Shown here: positions 1-10,567 of the stretch, piece by piece
Layout: each line of letters starts with the position of its first letter
How positions within the stretch are numbered: position 1 is the first letter of the stretch
Origin: Candidatus Woesearchaeota archaeon UBA489
GTDB taxonomy: Archaea > Nanobdellota > Nanobdellia > SCGC-AAA011-G17 > UBA489
Reading direction: 5' to 3'
Assembly: GCA_002505585.1 (NCBI GenBank)
Contig: DAVM01000020.1
Location: 1-54,525 of the forward strand
Length of the DNA stretch: 54,525 nucleotides
Notes under the pieces: generated by a model
Databases searched by the model: none
What the model was told of the DNA's origin: nothing
What the model saw: the letters and a program-made list of their open reading frames with translations, nothing else
Translations under genes and position numbers: made by a program

Positions 1-395
1 GTATCACCTAATGGTGTTTTTTCGTTATCTCCAAAGTAGGTTGTTTTTACGTGTGCGTATTGTGATAGTGTTTCTTGTAGTTGTGTTATCTCTTTTTTGT
101 TAAATGCTGTATATGATGTTGAATTATCTATTAAAACTGTTAATGATGCATCTCCTTTACTGAAGAGTGTTGAGGGTAAGTTTGGTGTTGCTAAAGTTAG
201 GATTAAGAGTGTGTATAAAATGAATCTTGAGATAAAGAACCATTTTTTTGCTTTTTTCTTTTTGTACCATTCTTCTCTTGTTACTTTAACAAAGTCTATT
301 TTGATGATAATGTATAATATGATGAATGCTGGTATTATCCAGTATAAGAGTGTTGGGTCTTCAAAGAATTTTTGTGCAGTGGTTGTAAATGTCAT
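1..395 (-). CDS. Partial (runs off window start) vWA-domain membrane protein, BatA/BatB-like
   Basis: Not in ORF track. Manual translation from ATG at 395, which overlaps the upstream stop (TAATG) and follows GAGGTGA: MTFTTTAQKFFEDPTLLYWIIPAFIILYII...LTVLIDNSTSY...KTPLGD, open to base 1. DxSxS MIDAS motif and N-terminal hydrophobic segments. Confidence 0.75.
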   Translation of the reverse strand, partial: MTFTTTAQKFFEDPTLLYWIIPAFIILYIIIKIDFVKVTREEWYKKKKAKKWFFISRFILYTLLILTLATPNLPSTLFSKGDASLTVLIDNSTSYTAFNKKEITQLQETLSQYAHVKTTYFGDNEKTPLGD

Positions 396-2173
396 TAAAT
401 TTCACCTCTGCTTTTTGTTGTTAGGAGTTCTATGAAGAGTAATAAAAATAAGAGTAAGATTATTGGTGTTGTTAAAGAGTATCTTAATGCTGCTGTGGTT
501 GTTTTTTTCTCTGTGTTTTTTGTTAGTGCTGTTTTTGCATTTAAGTTTGATTCTAATTCGCTCATGAGGCTTGCTGCGTAAATTTGGTCTTCTGATTTGT
601 AAATACCTTTTTCTTCAAAAATAATGATGTCTGTTGTTATGGTTCTGCTTGGTGTGCTAATTTCTTTTTTTGTTGGTAAGCTTATGATTGTTCCTGTTGG
701 TATGTTTACATCGTTTATGTCTGTTGCTTGTGCTAAGTATTTGATTAAATTTGTCCAGAAGATTGGGTAGGATGGGCTAAATTTGAAGTCGCTTTGGTCT
801 TCTAGTATGCCATAATAAACTATGTTTCCTTGTCCTTGTGGTGTGAGGGTTACTATTACTCCTTCTTCTGCTTTTGCTATGCTTATTCCTTCTAATGTTG
901 TTGTTGCATAATATCTTTTAACACTTCCGAAGGTTATGTCTTTAGTGAATTTTGTTAAGTGTTCTATAGTTACTACGCTTTCTCCTCTAATTCCTCCTAA
1001 AGTGAATGGTAAGAGTTTTCCATAGTTTATTGCTGCTGAGTTTTCTTGCATGTAGATTATGACACTTGCTCCTTGTTCTACACTTTCTTGTAATTTGTTA
1101 GTCAGACTTGTTCTTAATTCTCTTACTGCTCCGATTATGTATATATCATAGCCACTTATGTAAGAGCTTGATCCTGTTACATCTAATTGTATGTTTGTTG
1201 CTGCTGTTAGTGCTGTTTGTAGGTAGGTTGAAGGACTATCACTTATTAGAAGAACTTTTACTTTTTTTACTTGTGGGAAGGTGATGTATGCTTCATTGTC
1301 TGGTAAAAAATCGTCTTTTTCTATTAAGGTTAGTGTTGTGGGTTTTTGTGGTGTTTCAATTGTTGTTGTTTGTGTGCTTTTTGCATCTATCACTAGTTTT
1401 TTTTCTTTGTTTCCAATGATTAGAGTGGCTTTTTGTGCTTCGTTGTTGTAGTTTTTTACGCTTATGATGGTTTTTTCTTTGCTTACGTCTAGTCCTACTA
1501 TACCTATATTTTTTACTTCTTCAAGTATTATTGGTCTGAATAAGACGGTTATTCCTTTGTCTTCTAGTGTTTTTTTTGCTGTTTGTACGTTTACTGTGCT
1601 TGTACTCAAAAAATCACTTAGGACTATGATTTTGTCTTTTTTTCCTGTTACATGTTTTTCTGCTAGATTTATTGCTTCTCCTATACTTGATCTACTGTCT
1701 GTTGGTTTCAATTTATTCAAGTATTTTGTTGCTTCTCTTTTTGTTGCTTTTTTGAGTACTGTTCTTGGTGTGTTGCTTATTATGATAATTGTGTTTGTTT
1801 TTCCTAGGTTTTCTTTTGCTTCTGTTATGATTGCTTCGAAGACTTCATTGTTGTGTGCTTGTGTGCTTGCGCTTGTGTCTACTAAGAGTATGGCATTTTC
1901 TGTTAAAATACTTCCTCCTAGTGTGGTGTAGGGTTCTAATAAATAGAGTGAAAGGAGTAACAATATCAATAATTGTAAGAGGAATAGCCAATTTTTTACT
2001 AATTTTTGAAAGAAGGATTGTTTTGCATGACTTGTTTTTGATTTCATGAAGAACATCAATGAGGGTACTTCTATTTCTTTTTCTTTTGGTCTTACTATGT
2101 AGAGTAAGATGAGTGGTATAAAACTAAGAAAAGCTAGCCAGCCTAGTGGTTGTTCAAATCCAAATAATGCCAT
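395..2173 (-). CDS. BatA N-terminal domain + vWA domain membrane protein
   Basis: N-terminal FEQPLGWLAFLSFIPLILLY...VPSLMFF (BatA-like), MIDAS LLVDTSAS, later VLSDF, C-terminal TM helix. Confidence 0.8.
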   Translation of the reverse strand: MALFGFEQPLGWLAFLSFIPLILLYIVRPKEKEIEVPSLMFFMKSKTSHAKQSFFQKLVKNWLFLLQLLILLLLSLYLLEPYTTLGGSILTENAILLVDTSASTQAHNNEVFEAIITEAKENLGKTNTIIIISNTPRTVLKKATKREATKYLNKLKPTDSRSSIGEAINLAEKHVTGKKDKIIVLSDFLSTSTVNVQTAKKTLEDKGITVLFRPIILEEVKNIGIVGLDVSKEKTIISVKNYNNEAQKATLIIGNKEKKLVIDAKSTQTTTIETPQKPTTLTLIEKDDFLPDNEAYITFPQVKKVKVLLISDSPSTYLQTALTAATNIQLDVTGSSSYISGYDIYIIGAVRELRTSLTNKLQESVEQGASVIIYMQENSAAINYGKLLPFTLGGIRGESVVTIEHLTKFTKDITFGSVKRYYATTTLEGISIAKAEEGVIVTLTPQGQGNIVYYGILEDQSDFKFSPSYPIFWTNLIKYLAQATDINDVNIPTGTIISLPTKKEISTPSRTITTDIIIFEEKGIYKSEDQIYAASLMSELESNLNAKTALTKNTEKKTTTAALRYSLTTPIILLLFLLLFIELLTTKSRGEI

Positions 2174-2227
2174 AACTTTTTAGTGATAAGTCGAAATTTA
2201 TATAGATTATGTTGCTGGAGAAGAAGG

Positions 2228-2503
2228 TTATAACAAATCTCTGATTTTTTCTATGTGTTCTGCTACTTTGTGTCCGTTATCTGTTAGGCTAATTGTTTTA
2301 ATTCTTCCTTGTTTTTCGAAGTCTACTAATTTGGAATCTTGCATTTCTTGGAGAATTTTTACTGCGTGAGAATATGTGCAATCAACTTCTTTTGCAAGCA
2401 CTGAACCGTATCTGTTTTTGTTGTTATTTCTTAATGCGACTAACATCATTGCTGGTTTTTTTCTAAAAAATACTTCAAAGATATCTTTATTTTTGTTCTT
2501 CAA
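2228..2503 (-). CDS. Winged-helix DNA-binding protein (MarR/ArsR-like)
   Basis: YGSVLAKEVDCTYSHAVKILQEM...GRIKTISLT HTH plus wing; TTG start preceded by a GGGGG SD-like run. Confidence 0.75.
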   Translation of the reverse strand: MKNKNKDIFEVFFRKKPAMMLVALRNNNKNRYGSVLAKEVDCTYSHAVKILQEMQDSKLVDFEKQGRIKTISLTDNGHKVAEHIEKIRDLL

Positions 2504-2647
2504 TATTTTTGCCCCCGATATTTCAATATTTAATGATGTTATTCTAACTGATATTTAAACCTTTGCTTTTGAGTCTCTATATCGTAATCTATAGTTGCAA
2601 AACACGTCACTTTTTTGATTTTGCTTAATACTTTTAGACAGGAAAGG

Positions 2648-2655
2648 TTTATATA
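2648..2655 (+). promoter_or_regulatory. TATA box of serS (leaderless)
   Basis: GGAAAGG-TTTATATA, purine-rich BRE-like prefix, ends 26 nt before ATG 2681. Confidence 0.65.
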
Positions 2656-2680
2656 AAAATGTTCTGTTATCTATTATACT

Positions 2681-3964
2681 ATGTTAAGCATAAAATTCAT
2701 CAAGGATCAAGATAAAAAAATCAAGGCTGATTTGAAGAAGAGGTTTCAAGAAGATAAAAGTAAATTGGTTGATGAAATTATTGTTGCTTATGATAAATGG
2801 TTGCCTCTAAAAAAAGATGTTGAAGCTTTAAGACACAAACGTAATGTGCTTTCTCAAGAAGTAAATCAATTAAAGAAGGCTGGTAAGGATGCTTCTAGTA
2901 AATTAAAAGAGGTTAAAGCTATTCCTGGTAAGATTGCTGCTTTAGAGGTTAAACAAAAGAATTTGCAAGAACAAATGGATAATAATCTACTTCAAATTCC
3001 TAATATAATGCATCCTAAAGTTCCTACTGGTAAGGATGAAACTAAAAATAAAGTGTTGCGTAAGTGGGGGGTTATTAAAAAAGTTGATTTTAAGTTAGTG
3101 AATCATGGTGAGTTAGTTGAAAATTTAGGTCTTGCTGATTTTGATGCTGCTAGAAAAAATAGTGGTCATGGATTTAATTATTTGTTTGGTGATTTGGCTT
3201 TACTTGATTTTGCTTTGCAAAAGTATGGTTTAGATTTTTTGTTAAAGAAAGGTTTTACTCCTGTCATCCCTCCTATGCTTCTTCGTCATAAAACTTTACT
3301 CAGTGTTTTAAATGGTTTGGAAGATTTTAAAGATGTGGTGTATAAGATTGAAGATGAAGATGCTTTTTTGATTGGTACTGCTGAACATCCTTTGGCTTCT
3401 TTGTTTGCTAACAAAACTCTTTCCCTTGAACAACTTCCTTTAAAATTATGTGCTGTTACTCCTTGTTTTAGGAAAGAAATTGGTAGTACTGGTGTGGATA
3501 CTAAGGGATTATTCAGGATGCATCAATTCAATAAAGTGGAACAAGTGATTTTTAGTTCTGCTGAAGATTCTTTTAAACATCTTGAAGAGATGCAATTAAT
3601 TACTGAGAAGTTTTTTCAGTCTTTAAAAATCCCTTATAGGGTTGTTGAAATTTGTTCTGGTGATTTAGGTGCTAAGTTTGCTCGACAATATGATATTGAG
3701 GCTTGGTTTCCTAGACAAAAGGCTTATCGTGAAGTGACTTCTGCTGGTAATTGTACTGATTTTCAAGCTCGGGCTCTAAACACTAAATATTTGGATAAAA
3801 AGAATGAAAAGCAGTTTGTGCATATTTTGAATAATACTATGGTTGCTACTTCTCGTGCTATGGTGGTTATTTTAGAGACTTATCAACAAAAAGATGGTTC
3901 TATTAAGGTGCCTACTGTGCTGCAAAAGTATATGGGTGGCTTAAAGAAGATTGGTAAGAGATAA
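2681..3964 (+). CDS. serS: Seryl-tRNA synthetase (canonical type)
   Basis: N-terminal coiled coil, GTAEHP, motif 2 FRKEIG...GLFRMHQFNKVEQ, motif 3 NNTMVATSR. Confidence 0.97.
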   Translation: MLSIKFIKDQDKKIKADLKKRFQEDKSKLVDEIIVAYDKWLPLKKDVEALRHKRNVLSQEVNQLKKAGKDASSKLKEVKAIPGKIAALEVKQKNLQEQMDNNLLQIPNIMHPKVPTGKDETKNKVLRKWGVIKKVDFKLVNHGELVENLGLADFDAARKNSGHGFNYLFGDLALLDFALQKYGLDFLLKKGFTPVIPPMLLRHKTLLSVLNGLEDFKDVVYKIEDEDAFLIGTAEHPLASLFANKTLSLEQLPLKLCAVTPCFRKEIGSTGVDTKGLFRMHQFNKVEQVIFSSAEDSFKHLEEMQLITEKFFQSLKIPYRVVEICSGDLGAKFARQYDIEAWFPRQKAYREVTSAGNCTDFQARALNTKYLDKKNEKQFVHILNNTMVATSRAMVVILETYQQKDGSIKVPTVLQKYMGGLKKIGKR

Positions 3965-4010
3965 TTGTTGCTAAACATTTTTATAGTATTTTCTTTATTC
4001 TTGCTTTACA

Positions 4011-6146
4011 ATGCCAAAGAACTGTGAGTTGTTGATTGCTGAGAAGCCTACTAGTGCTAAGAAAATAGCTGAGGCTCTTGCTGATTCTAAGCCTACGAAG
4101 CATGTGAATCAGAAGATTGCTTATTATGAATTAATGCATAAGGGAAAAAAGATTTTTGTTGCTTGTGCTGTTGGTCATTTGTATGGTTTAAAAGAGAAAG
4201 AGAAGAATGGGTGGAAGTATCCTACTTTTAGTTATGAGTGGAAGCCTATTTTTGAGGTGCAAAAGTCTGCTACTTATACTAAGGCTTATATTGCTACTTT
4301 GAAAAAAGTTTCTAAGGAAGTTGATGAGTTTACTGTTTGTACTGATTTTGATGATGAGGGTTCTGTTTTGGGTTTTAATGCTGTGCAGTTTGCTTGTGGT
4401 CAAAAAGATGCACATCGTATGAAGTTTTCTACTTTAACTAAACAAGATTTGATTGATTCTTATGAACATAAAATGAAGTCTTTGGATTGGCCTCAAGTAA
4501 ATGCTGGTGTTACTCGTCATGAATTGGATTGGATTTATGGTATTAATAATTCTCGTGCTTTAACTCTTGCCATTAAGTCTGCTGGTACTTTTCAAATTCT
4601 TTCTACTGGAAGAGTGCAAGGTCCTGCTTTAAAAATTATTGTGGATAAAGATCGTGAGATTAAAAAGTTTAAGCCTGTTCCTTTTTGGCAGTTAGAATTA
4701 CAAAGTACTTATAAGAAGGCTGTTGTTGTTGCTTGGCATAAGGAAGGAAAGTTTTGGGAAAAGAAGAGTGCTGATACTATTTTCAAAAAAACTCAAGATA
4801 AGAAGGCTGTTGTTGCTGATGTTAAGAAAAAAGAATTAATACAAGCTCCTCCTTTTCCTTTTGATTTGACTACTTTACAAACTGAGTCTTATCGTTGTTT
4901 TGGTATTTCTCCTAAAGAAACTATGTCTTTAACACAAAGTTTGTATGTAAACGGATACATTAGTTATCCTCGTTCTAGTTCTAATAAGTTACCTTCTTCT
5001 TTAGGATACAGAAATATTATCTCTAATTTGAGTCGTCAAGAGAAATATCAAGAGTTCTGTATTCCTTTAATGAGGAAAAGTAAATTAGTTCCTAATGAAG
5101 GTCCTAAATCTGATCCTGCACATCCTGCTGTGCATGCTACTGGAGAAATTCCTAAGAAATTAACTGAGCGTGAAGCTAAAGTGTATGACTTAATTGTTCG
5201 AAGAACTTTAGCTACTTTTGGTGATCCTGCTAAGAATGAAACTATGACCGTTACTATTGATGTTAATTCTGAACCTTTTATTGCTAAGGGTCAAGTAAAT
5301 ATTGTTCCTGGTTGGTATACTATTTATGGCAAATATGTTAATCGTAAGGATGAAGAACTCCCACCTTTACAAGTTGGTGATGAACTAAAAAATCCTAAGA
5401 TTACTTTGCACGAAGACGAAACTAAGCCTCCTAAACATTACACTCCTGCTTCTATTATTAAAGAATTAGAAAAAAGAAATTTAGGTACTAAGGCTACTCG
5501 TGCTACTATTATTGATACTCTCTATCAAAGAAGTTATATTAATGAAAAATCTATTGAAGCTACTAAACTTGGTGTGACTACTGTTGAGACTTTAGAAAAA
5601 TTTTGTCCTGAAATTCTAGATGAACAATTGACTCGTCATTTTGAGGAAGAAACTGAATTAGTGCGTCAAGGTAAGAAAGAGAAGAAAGATATCTTAAAAG
5701 AGGTTGAAAAGGTTTTAACTAAAGCTTTAGCTCACTTTAAAGAGAATGAAAAAAAGATTGGTGAAGCATTATTAAAAGCTACGCAAGAAACTCGTACTAC
5801 TTTGAACAAGATTGCTCCTTGTAAGACTTGTAATAAGGGTGACTTAATGATTCGTTACTCTCCTCGCTTCAAATCTCGTTTTGTTGGTTGTTCTGCTTAT
5901 CCTAATTGTAAAGCTACTTATGGGCTTCCTCAAGGATTACCCAAACCTTCTAAAAAAGTTTGTAAAGAATGTGAATTTCCTCAAGTTACTGTTATTCGTC
6001 AAGGCAGACGTCCTTTTGAGTATTGTATTAACAAAGAATGTAAGTTAAAGTTGGATTGGGTGAAAAAGCAACAAGAGAAGATTGCTGAAAAAGAGAAAAC
6101 TCCTAAATCAAAAAAGAAACCCTCTGTCAGTAATCGTAAAAAGTGA
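4011..6146 (+). CDS. topA: DNA topoisomerase I (type IA)
   Basis: TOPRIM IAEKP and DFDDEG, STGRVQ, ISYPR catalytic Tyr, LGTKATR, C-terminal Zn ribbons. Confidence 0.97.
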   Translation: MPKNCELLIAEKPTSAKKIAEALADSKPTKHVNQKIAYYELMHKGKKIFVACAVGHLYGLKEKEKNGWKYPTFSYEWKPIFEVQKSATYTKAYIATLKKVSKEVDEFTVCTDFDDEGSVLGFNAVQFACGQKDAHRMKFSTLTKQDLIDSYEHKMKSLDWPQVNAGVTRHELDWIYGINNSRALTLAIKSAGTFQILSTGRVQGPALKIIVDKDREIKKFKPVPFWQLELQSTYKKAVVVAWHKEGKFWEKKSADTIFKKTQDKKAVVADVKKKELIQAPPFPFDLTTLQTESYRCFGISPKETMSLTQSLYVNGYISYPRSSSNKLPSSLGYRNIISNLSRQEKYQEFCIPLMRKSKLVPNEGPKSDPAHPAVHATGEIPKKLTEREAKVYDLIVRRTLATFGDPAKNETMTVTIDVNSEPFIAKGQVNIVPGWYTIYGKYVNRKDEELPPLQVGDELKNPKITLHEDETKPPKHYTPASIIKELEKRNLGTKATRATIIDTLYQRSYINEKSIEATKLGVTTVETLEKFCPEILDEQLTRHFEEETELVRQGKKEKKDILKEVEKVLTKALAHFKENEKKIGEALLKATQETRTTLNKIAPCKTCNKGDLMIRYSPRFKSRFVGCSAYPNCKATYGLPQGLPKPSKKVCKECEFPQVTVIRQGRRPFEYCINKECKLKLDWVKKQQEKIAEKEKTPKSKKKPSVSNRKK

Positions 6147-6725
6147 TTCTTTTTCTTCTGGTTTTCTTAAGATAATTTTTCTTTGTGGTTCTTTTTCTAG
6201 TTCTATTATTCTCTGACTTCTATTTACTAATATTTCTCCTCCTACCATTTTTATTTTTTTCTCATCAAAGCTTGAGTATACTTGGTTGCTTACTAATACT
6301 GGTATGGTTCTAGAAATTTGTTGTAAGTGATTTAGTTGATTCATTAACATTCTGTTTCCTAACTCTGGTCTATTTTTCATAAACCTTCTATAGTAATAAC
6401 CTATAGTGTCTACAATTATTAAAGAAATATTTCCTTTTTCTACTAGTTCAGCTAAATTTTGTATTTTAGTATGTTGATCTTTAAAACTATTCGGTGTAAA
6501 TATAATTATTTTTTCTAAGTATTGTTTATAATTTTCCCCTGCTAATTGTTTAAACCTTTCTATAGAGAATCCTTTTTCTGTGTCTATGAAGATGACTTTT
6601 TTTCCTTCTTTTGCGTGTTTAATTGCTATTTCTAAACAAAGGCTTGTTTTTCCTGAGCTTGGTACTCCATAGATTGCTGTTAATTCTTTTTCTTGAGTAT
6701 TGAAGAATTGATTTAAATTTATCAT
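6108..6725 (-). CDS. radB: DNA repair protein RadB
   Basis: Walker A YGVPSSGKT, FIDTEKGFSIERF, Walker B IIVDT, LVSNQVY. The ATG at 6725 is preferred because the longer track ORF overlaps the divergent gene. Confidence 0.88.
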   Translation of the reverse strand: MINLNQFFNTQEKELTAIYGVPSSGKTSLCLEIAIKHAKEGKKVIFIDTEKGFSIERFKQLAGENYKQYLEKIIIFTPNSFKDQHTKIQNLAELVEKGNISLIIVDTIGYYYRRFMKNRPELGNRMLMNQLNHLQQISRTIPVLVSNQVYSSFDEKKIKMVGGEILVNRSQRIIELEKEPQRKIILRKPEEKESLFTITDRGFLF

Positions 6726-6820
6726 AAGTATATGATTGGTCAGTTGTTTAAATGGTTTTGCTCGTTTTTCCAAAACCAATACATTTATATACACTTCATA
6801 TACACATCTCTGTATACACA

Positions 6821-7213
6821 ATGGCAGATATATTTGGAGCATCTATTGTTTGTGATGCTTGTAATCAAAAGATGGAGAAGGGATTTATAGCTCGTCAAGG
6901 CTTTAAACTAAGAGCCTGGAAGTGTAATGATTGCACTAAGCAATGGATCCATCCAACAGACCAACAAGATTACGAGAATTTTTCTCGTTTGAAGGACAAG
7001 CAGTTCCAAGTGAAACTCCGTTTAGTGGGTAATTCCTACACAGTTTCCATTCCTAGGGAAATTATTGAGTTTGAAGAAGAAATGCAGAGAGAAATGAAGG
7101 AAATGAACAAGTTAATTAACATGTCTTTGGAAGGTCCGGACAAATTAAGTCTTTTTTTCTCTAGAAAAGTAAAAAGGTTTATTAATGAAGACAAAGAGGA
7201 ACAACAACAATGA
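6821..7213 (+). CDS. Zn-ribbon + AbrB/MazE-type DNA-binding domain protein
   Basis: CDAC...CNDC followed by VKLRLVGNSYTVSIPREII (SpoVT/AbrB signature); ATG 6821; stop overlaps the cdc48 start (ATGA). Confidence 0.75.
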   Translation: MADIFGASIVCDACNQKMEKGFIARQGFKLRAWKCNDCTKQWIHPTDQQDYENFSRLKDKQFQVKLRLVGNSYTVSIPREIIEFEEEMQREMKEMNKLINMSLEGPDKLSLFFSRKVKRFINEDKEEQQQ

Positions 7214-9486
7214 CAGAAAAAGAAGTTAATTTGAAGGTACAGGAGGCTTTACAGGAAGAAGCTTACAAGGGTATTGTTAGAATTGACTCTCAAACTATGC
7301 GCCAAATTGAAGTGAAAGCTGGTGACATTGTTGAGATTGAGGGTACTAGAAAAACTGTTGGTATTGTTGATCGTGCTTATCCTTCTGATATTGGGCAATC
7401 TATTATTCGTATGGATGGTATTCTTCGTCGTAATGCTAAGACTGGTATTGGTGAATCTGTTATTGTTAGAAAGACTGAAGTAAGAGAAGCTAAGTCTATT
7501 ATTGTTGCTCCTGCACAACAAGGTGTTATGATTCAAGCTAATCCTAATATTTTCAAGCAAGGGTTGTTAGGACGTGCTGTTGTTAAGGGTGACATTATTT
7601 CTTTAGGTGGCGCTCGTCGTAGAAGAAAGACTATGTCTGGCTCCCCATTCGAAGATATTTTTAATGTCTTTGCTGAAGATGCTTTTCTCGGTAACTTTGG
7701 TTTTGGTAGTTTAAAGTTTGTTGTTGCTGAGACTAATCCTAAGACTGCGATTATTATTACTGAAAATACTGAGGTTCGTGTTTCTTCTAAGACTGTTGAA
7801 GTTTCTGAAGAGAAGGCTATTGATGTTACTTATGAAGATATTGGTGGGTTAGAAGACGAACTAAAAAAAGTTCGTGAACTTGTTGAACTTCCTTTAAAGA
7901 ATCCTGAAATTTTTGAACGTTTAGGTGTTGAACCTCCTAAGGGTATTTTGATGTATGGTCCTCCTGGTACTGGTAAAACTTTACTTGCTAAGGCTGTTGC
8001 TAATGAGTCTGATGCTAATTTTATTTTGGTGAATGGTCCTGAACTTACTTCTAAGTTTTATGGTGAAACAGAAAAAAGAATTCGTAACTTATTCGAAGAA
8101 GCTGAAAAAAATGCACCTTCTATTATTTTCATTGATGAAATTGATGCTATTGCTCCTAAGCGTGAAGAAACTTATGGTGAAGTTGAGCGTCGTATGGTTT
8201 CACAATTACTTACTATGATGGATGGTTTAAAGTCTAGAGGCAGAGTTGTTGTTATTGGTGCAACTAATCGTCCTAATTCTTTAGATCCTGCTTTAAGAAG
8301 ACCTGGTCGTTTTGATAGGGAAATTAGTATTGGTGTGCCTAACAAAAAGGGTCGTTTAAAGATTTTAAAGATTCATACTCGTAACATGCCATTAAAGAAT
8401 GTTAAATTAGAAAAACTTGCTGAAGTTACTCATGGGTTTGTTGGTGCTGATTTAGAATCTTTAGCTAAAGAAGCTGCGATGGTTGTTATTAGAAGAATTC
8501 TTCCTCGTTTAAAACAAGAAGATGCTGCTATTCCTCCTGAAATTTTAAAAGAACTCCAAGTTTTAGATGATGATTTCAAAATGGCATTAAAGTCTGTTCG
8601 TCCTTCTGCATTACGTGAAGTGTTAGTTGAAGCTCCTAATGTTAAATGGGAAGATATTGGTGGTGCTGAAGGTTTGAAACAACAATTAAAAGAAGCTATT
8701 GAGTGGCCTCTAAAAAGTCCTGAGATGTTTACTCGGTTAGGTATTAAACCTCCAAAAGGAATCTTAATGTATGGTCCTCCTGGTACTGGTAAAACTATGT
8801 TAGCAAAAGCAGTCGCTAATGAATCTGAAGCTAACTTTATTTTAGTGAAAGGTCCTGAGTTATTGAATAAATTTGTTGGTGAGTCTGAAAAAGGTGTTCG
8901 TAAGATTTTTGAAAAAGCTAGACAAACTGCTCCTACGATTATTTTCTTTGATGAAATTGATGCTTTAGTTCCTATGCGTGGTCTTGATACTAGTTCACAA
9001 ACTACTGAAAGAGTTGTTAATGCTATGTTAACTGAAATGGATGGTTTAGAAGAATTAACTGATGTTATTATTTTGGGTGCTACTAATCGTCCTGATTTAA
9101 TTGATGCTAGTTTGCTTCGTCCTGGTCGTTTTGATAGGATTATTGCAACTACTGTTCCTAATAAAAAATCTAGAAAAACTATTTTAGAGATTCATACTGC
9201 TGATATGCCTTTGGCTAAAGATGTTGAATTAAATAAATTAGTTGAAAAAACTGAAAGTTTTACTGGTGCTGATCTTGCTGGCATGTGTAAGGAAGCTGCT
9301 ATGCTTGCTTTAAGAAAAAATAAGGAAGCTAAAGAAGTTAGTATGGAACATTTCGAAGAAGCTTTGAAGAAACTTCGTCCTTCTTTACGTGAAGAAGACA
9401 TTAAGAAGTATAAAGATATTGAAGAGAGTTATTTGAGAAAAGCAAGAGCAAGTAAAGTAATTCCTGCTCCTACTTATTTAGGTTAA
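7210..9486 (+). CDS. cdc48: CDC48/VCP (VAT) AAA+ ATPase
   Basis: N-domain plus two AAA modules, each with [12 protein letters not shown] and RPGRFDR. Confidence 0.97.
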   Translation: MTEKEVNLKVQEALQEEAYKGIVRIDSQTMRQIEVKAGDIVEIEGTRKTVGIVDRAYPSDIGQSIIRMDGILRRNAKTGIGESVIVRKTEVREAKSIIVAPAQQGVMIQANPNIFKQGLLGRAVVKGDIISLGGARRRRKTMSGSPFEDIFNVFAEDAFLGNFGFGSLKFVVAETNPKTAIIITENTEVRVSSKTVEVSEEKAIDVTYEDIGGLEDELKKVRELVELPLKNPEIFERLGVEPPKGILMYGPPGTGKTLLAKAVANESDANFILVNGPELTSKFYGETEKRIRNLFEEAEKNAPSIIFIDEIDAIAPKREETYGEVERRMVSQLLTMMDGLKSRGRVVVIGATNRPNSLDPALRRPGRFDREISIGVPNKKGRLKILKIHTRNMPLKNVKLEKLAEVTHGFVGADLESLAKEAAMVVIRRILPRLKQEDAAIPPEILKELQVLDDDFKMALKSVRPSALREVLVEAPNVKWEDIGGAEGLKQQLKEAIEWPLKSPEMFTRLGIKPPKGILMYGPPGTGKTMLAKAVANESEANFILVKGPELLNKFVGESEKGVRKIFEKARQTAPTIIFFDEIDALVPMRGLDTSSQTTERVVNAMLTEMDGLEELTDVIILGATNRPDLIDASLLRPGRFDRIIATTVPNKKSRKTILEIHTADMPLAKDVELNKLVEKTESFTGADLAGMCKEAAMLALRKNKEAKEVSMEHFEEALKKLRPSLREEDIKKYKDIEESYLRKARASKVIPAPTYLG

Positions 9487-9488
9487 TC

Positions 9489-10352
9489 TTATGTAGTCAA
9501 CACACCTTTTCCTACTTCTAGTGTGTGTTCTTTTTGGCTTACTAACCCTCCGGTTTTTTCAGGCAACTCAGGATATTGTCTTATAACTCCTTCTTTTTCT
9601 AAGTATCTCAACACAAAGTTTGCATTTTGTAGGTGTTGTACCCATCTTCCTGAGAATGGTAGTGTTTTGTATTCTTCTTGTAAGTGTGCTATCATTCTTC
9701 TTGCACTGTCTAGTCTTACTGGTTTTAAATTAATGAGTCCAAATATTCCTGATGGTTTGCCATCTTTAACAAATCCTTCTCCATCTGTTGCGAATGGTTC
9801 GATTGCTATGTGTTGTCCTTCTTCTAATTTTGTTTGATCTCCATTGTCAAAGTTTGGTATGGTTGGTGCTGTGTGTACTGTCCACATGTCTACTCCGTGT
9901 CCTGATAAGTTTCTTATTGGATTAAATCCTGCGCTTGTTATTACATCTTCTACTGCTGCTCCTATTTGGCATAATTTTACTCCTGGTTTCACGACATCTA
10001 TTGCTGCTTGTAATGCATCTTCTGCTGCTTTGATTAATTTTGCGTGTTTGTTAGTTCCTATTTCTACTGTTATTTCTGTATCTGTTACAAAACCATCTAT
10101 GTGTGCTCCTAAGTCTAATTTTACTATGTCTCCTTTTAGTAACACTTTTGTATCGTTTGGGAATGGTGATGCGTGTGCTGCCATGTTGTTGACGCTTATA
10201 TCTACTGGGAATGAGGGTTTTCCTCCTAGTTCTCTTATTTTTGCTTCTACTTTTTCTGCTATATCTAGGTGTTTTGCTCCTTCTTTGCAAAGTCCTTTTC
10301 CGTAGTCTCTTGCTTGTGCGCTAATTTTTGCTGCTTTTTCCCAGTTGTCCAT
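9489..10352 (-). CDS. map: Methionine aminopeptidase type II
   Basis: AAHASP, DLGAHIDGFVTD, NLSGHG, AIEPFAT, QKEHT metal-ligand motifs. Confidence 0.95.
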   Translation of the reverse strand: MDNWEKAAKISAQARDYGKGLCKEGAKHLDIAEKVEAKIRELGGKPSFPVDISVNNMAAHASPFPNDTKVLLKGDIVKLDLGAHIDGFVTDTEITVEIGTNKHAKLIKAAEDALQAAIDVVKPGVKLCQIGAAVEDVITSAGFNPIRNLSGHGVDMWTVHTAPTIPNFDNGDQTKLEEGQHIAIEPFATDGEGFVKDGKPSGIFGLINLKPVRLDSARRMIAHLQEEYKTLPFSGRWVQHLQNANFVLRYLEKEGVIRQYPELPEKTGGLVSQKEHTLEVGKGVLTT

Positions 10353-10532
10353 TTGGTGATTTGATTATTTGTTGGTTTATATAATATTCTATAGCTTAAT
10401 TTTTACCTTTTTTTAGGCATTTTTTAGTAATGGGCACTACTTGGAGATTGTAGGTAATTCTATCTTTTCTTGTGTTTAGAGTGGTTTAAGCATACTTTTT
10501 TATATGAGGGGTTTTTCTTCTAGATAGAAAAG

Positions 10533-10540
10533 TTTATAAA
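10533..10540 (+). promoter_or_regulatory. TATA box of amidase gene
   Basis: AGAAAAG-TTTATAAA ending 28 nt before ATG 10568. Confidence 0.6.
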
Positions 10541-10567
10541 GTAATTAACTACTTATAAGTAATCAAA

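Noticed and set aside
97-435. 112-aa plus-strand ORF and the many other short antisense or overlapping ORFs in the track
   Set aside because: They shadow well-supported genes on the other strand or frame, and strand skew produces long stop-free hydrophobic frames; they have no motifs.
6726-6842. N-terminal extensions of radB and of the AbrB gene given by the track
   Set aside because: They overlap head-to-head; internal ATGs at 6725 and 6821 leave a plausible divergent promoter region.
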